64,000 nt of DNA from Myxococcales bacterium (GTDB lineage Bacteria; Myxococcota_A; UBA9042; JABWCM01; BTVJ01). The notes beneath the pieces are model-generated. The model ran no database searches and was not told where the DNA came from. It saw only the letters and a program-made list of their open reading frames with translations. This document shows, piece by piece, positions 58,809-64,000 of the stretch. The stretch is taken from positions 32,001 to 96,000 of the forward strand of contig BTVJ01000009.1 of assembly GCA_045863395.1 (NCBI GenBank), written 5' to 3'. The position numbers and the translations under genes were made by a program. Each line of letters starts with the position of its first letter. Positions within the stretch are counted from its first letter, which is position 1.

Positions 58809-60578
58809 ATGACCAAGCAGGACCCCGTCGACACGCTTGGACGTTTCGCGGTTCCACCAGAGGCCGAGTGGCCCGCGCTCTACGAGCAGGCCATAGCGGA
58901 GGGCTGGCTCCCGTACCCCCTCTCCGAGCTGCTCCGGGGCGTCGTGGAGCAGAGGGCGGTCCCGAGCACGCTCCTCGCCTGCGGGCGCGGGCTGTTCGAA
59001 GCCACCTACTGGTTGCTCTCGGCCCTGGTGCTGCCATCCGTGGTCGAGCGAGCGCACGTGGGCACCGAGCTCACGAGGCTGACGGCGCTGGTCACGGGCG
59101 CCAGCGCAGGCGGCGCCAAGCCCGGCGCGCTCTCCATGGGCGACTGGCAGACCCTCGCGCTCTCGGGTCTGGAGGTCGCGACCGCGGCGCGCGAAGCTGC
59201 TGGCAAGGTGCCGCCCGTCCTGCGCGACCTGGCCCTCCGGCTCCCGGAGCTTCGCTCATTCCACACAGCGGTGGTCGCGCTGCGGAACGTGTCCTCGGTG
59301 GGCCACGGCACCATCGACGGAACGGACATGGCGTCCGTCGAGGCCGACGCCGCCGCCATGGAGCGCGCGGTGGTCAAGCTGGTGCGCGACCTCGCTCCGC
59401 TGAGGGACTACGAGCTGCTGATCCGCGACCCGCTCAACATCGTGGCCTCCGACGGCACGCTGGCGCCGGTGCCCAAGTGGAGCGAGCACCACGCGCGCCG
59501 TCACCTGTTGGGCTTGGCGCTGCTCGACCCCACGGGCGCGCTCATCCAAAGCTGGCCCTTGTTTCCGCTGATACGCGCCCAAGTGGAGGGTGGGCTGGCG
59601 CGGGTGTGGTTTCTGTCCCCCCAGCGGAGTGGCGGCCTTGCGTACATCCCTGCGCGCGGCCCCCGAGAGGACACCGAGGTCCCCGATGCCACGGCGGAGG
59701 CCGCGCTCGAGTCTCTGGCGCTGGTGCTGGAGAGGCGCAGCGAGCCCCACCGCAGGCGGTCCATTGGGCCGTGGCTCCCTGCGCTCGACGCACACTTCGA
59801 GGGACACGCAAAGGTTCTGGGTGTCCTCGCGAGCCCCCCACTGCTCCAGCAGGACTTCGAGTTCCAGGCTCCACCCGAGATCGAGACGGCCGCCGCCCGG
59901 AAGCGCCAGGCCCTGGAGACAAATGACATGCACGCGCTCCTCGATGGGGCGCCGGCGCTGGACGCCGAGCCTGTCTCACTCTTCTACGAGACCCTCGACT
60001 TCGCGACGGTCCAGGCGCTGCGAGAGTCGGGCGTCAGACCGCGCCTGCTCAGTGCCAGCGCAGTGGTGCTCCACCCGAGCGAGCCGGCGCTCCTGCTCCA
60101 TGAGCGCTCCCTTGAGTCTGCCACCTACCCACGCGCCTTCCACACGATGGGTGGCGCCTTCCAGCCCGAGACAGGGCGACGCTCCGGGGATCGATCCCTC
60201 GAGGACACCATCCTGCGCGAGCTCCACGAGGAGAGCCGTCTCTGGCCGGTCCGCGAGGCGTGGCCCGTCGTCATGACCGAAGAGATCCCGACCGGATTCG
60301 TGCAGTACGTCGCGCTTGGAGTCCGCGCGACCACCTGTACGCCGGTCGAGAACTGGGAGGGCAAGGGGCGCTGGATTCCCTTCGACGCTCTCGAGCCATG
60401 GCTCCTGAGGGCCAAGAAGTGGGTCCCGTCGGGAAAGCTCCACGTCCTTCTGTGGCTCGCCGCAGGCGCCCCGGGAGCCCGAGACGCGCGCTTCGGCGGC
60501 CGCGATGCGCATGGCCTCCTGGCACACGTCCTCGAGAGATCTGCACGCGACTATGACCTCCCGGCAATCCAGACATAG
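58809..60578 (+). CDS. Protein with N-terminal HEPN-like helical domain and C-terminal NUDIX hydrolase
   Basis: LSMGDW...LRNVSSVGHG; GGAFQP...DTILRELHEES NUDIX box. Confidence 0.7.
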   Translation: MTKQDPVDTLGRFAVPPEAEWPALYEQAIAEGWLPYPLSELLRGVVEQRAVPSTLLACGRGLFEATYWLLSALVLPSVVERAHVGTELTRLTALVTGASAGGAKPGALSMGDWQTLALSGLEVATAAREAAGKVPPVLRDLALRLPELRSFHTAVVALRNVSSVGHGTIDGTDMASVEADAAAMERAVVKLVRDLAPLRDYELLIRDPLNIVASDGTLAPVPKWSEHHARRHLLGLALLDPTGALIQSWPLFPLIRAQVEGGLARVWFLSPQRSGGLAYIPARGPREDTEVPDATAEAALESLALVLERRSEPHRRRSIGPWLPALDAHFEGHAKVLGVLASPPLLQQDFEFQAPPEIETAAARKRQALETNDMHALLDGAPALDAEPVSLFYETLDFATVQALRESGVRPRLLSASAVVLHPSEPALLLHERSLESATYPRAFHTMGGAFQPETGRRSGDRSLEDTILRELHEESRLWPVREAWPVVMTEEIPTGFVQYVALGVRATTCTPVENWEGKGRWIPFDALEPWLLRAKKWVPSGKLHVLLWLAAGAPGARDARFGGRDAHGLLAHVLERSARDYDLPAIQT

Positions 60579-60695
60579 TTCAGTCCCGGCGCAGCCCAAG
60601 CGACGACCCACGCTCGCGATTGGAGGAGACCCCCGGTGTGCCCTCAATGACCCGACGGTTGACGGACCGGGCCACGGGCGGCGACACTCCGGCGC

Positions 60696-61307
60696 ATGAA
60701 GCGCTTCGACGAGCAGGTGGCGGAGAGGTTGCGGGCGGCGGTGGCGGCCGCCGAGGGGCGGAGCGACCTGGAGATCGTGTGCCGGGTCGTGCCTCGCTCC
60801 GGCGGGTGGCGGTCCTTGCCATGGGTCGTGGGGTGTGGCGTGGGGGTCGCGCTGCTTGCGCTTGTCCTGTTCGCGCCCTTCTCGGTGGATCCAGCGTGGG
60901 TGCTGCCGGAGGTGGTTCTCCCGGCGGCGGCCCTCGGGTGGGGTGTGTCGCGGTGGCCCTTGGCGCTGCGTGCCTTGGCGGGCGCCGGGCGCCTTGATGC
61001 GCGCGTGCTGGAGCGTGCGCAGGCGGAGATGGTGCGCGAGGCCGTCACCGCAACGCGCCGCGGCACGGGGGTGCTGGTCATGGCGTCCGTGCTGGAGGAC
61101 CGGGTCGTCACGCTGTTCGACCACCCGCTGCTCGGGCGCGCGCCGCGGGCGGAGTGGGAGGCGGCCGCGCTCAAGGGGCGAGGGCCCGGCGATCTGGTCG
61201 GGCGGATGCTGGCGGTCGTCGAGGCCGTCGGGGCCGTCGGGGCCCGCCACGTCCCCGCGCTCGACGACAACCCCAACGAGCTGCCCGACGAGCCGCGCAT
61301 CGGCTGA
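60696..61307 (+). CDS. TPM-domain-like membrane protein
   Basis: AVAAAEGRSDLEIV, two TM helices, TRRGTGVLV, DNPNELPDEP. Confidence 0.8.
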   Translation: MKRFDEQVAERLRAAVAAAEGRSDLEIVCRVVPRSGGWRSLPWVVGCGVGVALLALVLFAPFSVDPAWVLPEVVLPAAALGWGVSRWPLALRALAGAGRLDARVLERAQAEMVREAVTATRRGTGVLVMASVLEDRVVTLFDHPLLGRAPRAEWEAAALKGRGPGDLVGRMLAVVEAVGAVGARHVPALDDNPNELPDEPRIG

Positions 61308-61380
61308 GGGGCGGGACGTCCGACGAACGACACAGGAGCCCAGCGGGGGAACGGCCGCCGGAGCACAGGAGGGGTTGCCC

Positions 61381-62559
61381 ATGGTCCGCTTCGTCCACGC
61401 CGCCGACCTGCACCTGGACACGCCCTTCGAGGGGCTCAGCCGCGTCGCCCCGGAGCTTCGCGAGCGGCTGGTCGATGCGAGCCTGCTCGCTCTCGACCGG
61501 CTGGTGGAGCTGACGTTGGCCGAGCGAGCCGAAGCGCTGCTGCTCGCGGGGGACGTCTACGACGGGGCGGAGCGGGGGCTGCGCGCCCAGCTCCGGCTGC
61601 TCGACGCGACGCGGCGCCTCTCTCGGGCAGGCGTGCGCGTGTTCATCGCCCACGGCAACCACGATCCCGTCGAGGAGGGCTGGTCGGCCGTGCGGCAGTG
61701 GCCGGACGGGGTCACGATCTTTCCGAGCGACCGCGTCGAGGTCCACCGGCTGGTCGCGCGGGACGGCACTCCGTTCACCGTGTCCGGCATCAGCTACCCG
61801 CGGCGGGACGTGCGTGAGAACCTGGCGGCGCTATTCCCCAGGGCGCAAGGCCCTGGCGTCCACATCGCCGTCCTGCACGCCAACGTGGGGTCCCAAGGGA
61901 ACCACGCCCCCTACAGCCCGTGCACCGTCGACGACCTGGCCCGCACGGGGCACCACTATTGGGCGCTCGGGCACATCCACCGGCACGCCTTGCTCCGGGC
62001 GGAGCCGGCCATCGTCTACCCCGGCGTCCTCCAGGGGCGGAGCTTCAAGCCGTCGGAGCTGGGCCCGAAAGGGGCCGTGGTCGTCGACGCGGGCCGGCGG
62101 TGCACCGTGCGCTTCGTGGAGCTGGCCCCGGTCCGCTTCGAGGTCGTGGAGGTGGACGCGGCTGCGTGCGACGACGTGGGGCAGGTGGCTGAGGCCCTGG
62201 CGGCTGCCGCGGAGGGGGGGCGGGTCCTGCGCGCCGTGGTGCGCGGCGCCACGCCAGCCTACGACGCCCTGAGCCGCCCGGAGGCAGGCGACGCGCTCCT
62301 GCGCGCCGTCTCGGACGCCACCCCCGGCGCATCTTGGGCGGACCTGCGCCTCGACGTGCGGCCACCCGTGGACCTGGACGGCCTCGCGGACCGGGGCGAC
62401 CTGCTCGGGGAGCTGGCGGCCCAGGCAGCCGGGCTGAGCGCCGACGACGTGCGCGCCCTGCTGGGCGCCGAGGCGGGGCTCCTCGGGCATGACGTGGGCG
62501 ACCACGCGGAGCTGGTGCGGCGCGCGGCCTGCCTCGCGATCACGCTGCTGGAGGAGTGA
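61381..62559 (+). CDS. DNA repair exonuclease, SbcD/Mre11 (YhaO-like)
   Basis: HAADLHLD, AGDVYD, GNHD, LHAN, YWALGHIH, YPG..QGR. Confidence 0.92.
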   Translation: MVRFVHAADLHLDTPFEGLSRVAPELRERLVDASLLALDRLVELTLAERAEALLLAGDVYDGAERGLRAQLRLLDATRRLSRAGVRVFIAHGNHDPVEEGWSAVRQWPDGVTIFPSDRVEVHRLVARDGTPFTVSGISYPRRDVRENLAALFPRAQGPGVHIAVLHANVGSQGNHAPYSPCTVDDLARTGHHYWALGHIHRHALLRAEPAIVYPGVLQGRSFKPSELGPKGAVVVDAGRRCTVRFVELAPVRFEVVEVDAAACDDVGQVAEALAAAAEGGRVLRAVVRGATPAYDALSRPEAGDALLRAVSDATPGASWADLRLDVRPPVDLDGLADRGDLLGELAAQAAGLSADDVRALLGAEAGLLGHDVGDHAELVRRAACLAITLLEE

Positions 62560-62560
62560 C

Positions 62561-64000
62561 GTGCGGATCCTCGGGTGGCACATCGACGGCTTCGGTCACT
62601 TCCAGGGCCACACGCAGCGGGACCTGGGCGCTGGCCTGACGGTCCTCTACGGCCCCAACGAGGCCGGCAAGTCCACGCTGCTGGAGTTCTTCCTCTACGT
62701 GCTGTTCGGCCCGGGGAGGCCGCGGCCCACGCCTCTCGCCGGGGGGAGGCTCGGGGGGCGCCTGTTCCTGGAGGACGGAGGACAACGCCTGGAGCTGGAG
62801 CGCCTGGACGCGCCGCCGGTGCTGCGCGGCGGGGGCGCCGTCCTCACGGGGGACGACGCCGTCCGGGATCGCCTCGGCGGCACGGACCGGGCCCTGTTCC
62901 GCGCGGTGTTCGCGTTCTCGTTGGCCGACCTGACGGGCCTCGACGGCCTCGGCGACGACCAGCTCCGGGACCGGCTCTGGAGCGGCGCCATCGCGGGGGC
63001 CGGCCGCAGCGTGCGCAACGCGAGGAGGGACCTCGACGCCCGCCAGGAGCGCCTGTGGCGGCCGCGGTCCGGGTGCATCATCAAGGACCTCCAGGCCGAG
63101 CTGCGTGCCCTGGACGAGCGCCTCGGCCGGGCGCGAGACCAGGCCCGGCGCGTGCGGGAGCTCCGAGACGAGGTCGGGCGCCTGGAGGACGAGGCGGCCG
63201 GGAGGCGCAGGGGCGCGGACGCCGCGCGGCGCGCCACGCAGCGCTGGGAGGGGCTCGAGCGCGCGTTCCCGCACCACGCCTCGGCCGTGGAGGCGCTGCG
63301 CGCCATGGAGGCCCTCCCGGCGCGGGTGCTGCCCCCGGGGCTGCGCGACGAGCTCGGGCGCCTGCGCCTCGACGAGGCTCGGGCCCGCGCTGCCCTGGCG
63401 GACGCCGAGCGGCGGGCGGAGCAGGCCCGCACCGACCTGGCGGCGCTGGGGGACGACCCGCCCATCCTTGCGCTCGCGGAGCGGGTCCAGAGCGCCGCGG
63501 AGCATCGCCCTCACCTCGGGCTCGGCGACGCAGCGCCCGTGCAGGCCGAGCTCGCCGCGGCGAGGGGGCGGCTCCGCGAGGCGCTGGCCGCGGCGGGGCT
63601 CTCCGACGCGGCGGCGCTGGTGCCCCTGAGCCCAGCACAGGTGGAGCGCCTCCGGGACGCGGCCCGCCGCGCCATGGACGCGGAGGCGGCCCGCGTGCGC
63701 CTCGCTGACGCCGACGCCCGCGTCACGGCGGCGGAGCGGGAGCTCGCGCGGCGCGCGGAGCGCCGCGACGCCCTCCCCCTGGACCCCGACACGGAGGCGG
63801 CGGCCCCCTCCGTCCATGCGCTGCTGGCCGACGAGCCTCGGGCGCAGCGGGCCGCGGCGCGGGTCCGGGAGCTGGACGGGACGCTGGCGAGGGCACGAGC
63901 GGAGCGGGAGGAGGCGATGCGTGCCTTTGGCGGGTGGGCGCCCGCCGGCGGCGAACGCGTCGACCTGACGAGCGTGGACGCCGTGCGCGCCGCGGCCTCG
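62561..64000 (+). CDS. YhaN/SbcC-like coiled-coil ATPase (partial, runs off window)
   Basis: My translation from GTG 62561: VRILGWHIDGFGHF...GLTVLYGPNEAGKSTLLEF..VLFG, then coiled coil. Confidence 0.88.
   Translation, partial: MRILGWHIDGFGHFQGHTQRDLGAGLTVLYGPNEAGKSTLLEFFLYVLFGPGRPRPTPLAGGRLGGRLFLEDGGQRLELERLDAPPVLRGGGAVLTGDDAVRDRLGGTDRALFRAVFAFSLADLTGLDGLGDDQLRDRLWSGAIAGAGRSVRNARRDLDARQERLWRPRSGCIIKDLQAELRALDERLGRARDQARRVRELRDEVGRLEDEAAGRRRGADAARRATQRWEGLERAFPHHASAVEALRAMEALPARVLPPGLRDELGRLRLDEARARAALADAERRAEQARTDLAALGDDPPILALAERVQSAAEHRPHLGLGDAAPVQAELAAARGRLREALAAAGLSDAAALVPLSPAQVERLRDAARRAMDAEAARVRLADADARVTAAERELARRAERRDALPLDPDTEAAAPSVHALLADEPRAQRAAARVRELDGTLARARAEREEAMRAFGGWAPAGGERVDLTSVDAVRAAAS

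Overview
High-GC bacterial DNA with a Myxococcota-like gene complement: a Ser/Thr kinase with a TPR-PEGA partner, and many Cys-rich lipoproteins and secreted adhesins. The taxonomy is inferred. 1-19.5 kb is mostly core: a PAS sensor, PTS EIIA, a proline dehydrogenase/CinA-like/mtnP/PfkB/psd cluster, a DciA-like gene, and tRNA-Val-rpmI-rplT-ihfA-merR-tRNA-Pro, which lacks the usual thrS, infC and pheST. About 19.5-52 kb is an accessory stretch. It holds surface proteins, toxin-antitoxin or defence-like modules (AbrB-VapC, Rpn with a candidate internal antitoxin start, MNT-HEPN, a toxin-like ORF with an opal-interrupted ImmA/IrrE peptidase), gene fragments, a local mosaic duplication, two ~165-bp palindromic elements and a circularly permuted alkaline-phosphatase-superfamily enzyme. 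The best candidate for an undescribed system is at 52.2-58.6 kb. A U32-family Fe-S protein is tightly coupled to a chorismate mutase-DAHP synthase, a plausible dedicated prephenate supply for O2-independent hydroxylation. A tandem-MerR/TPR regulator and a radical SAM enzyme lie divergently, and a tryptophanase is adjacent. A HEPN-like/NUDIX fusion and an SbcD/YhaN-like repair pair end the window. No CRISPR array, rRNA, integrase or reverse transcriptase was seen. All calls come from reading motifs by eye; no searches were run.
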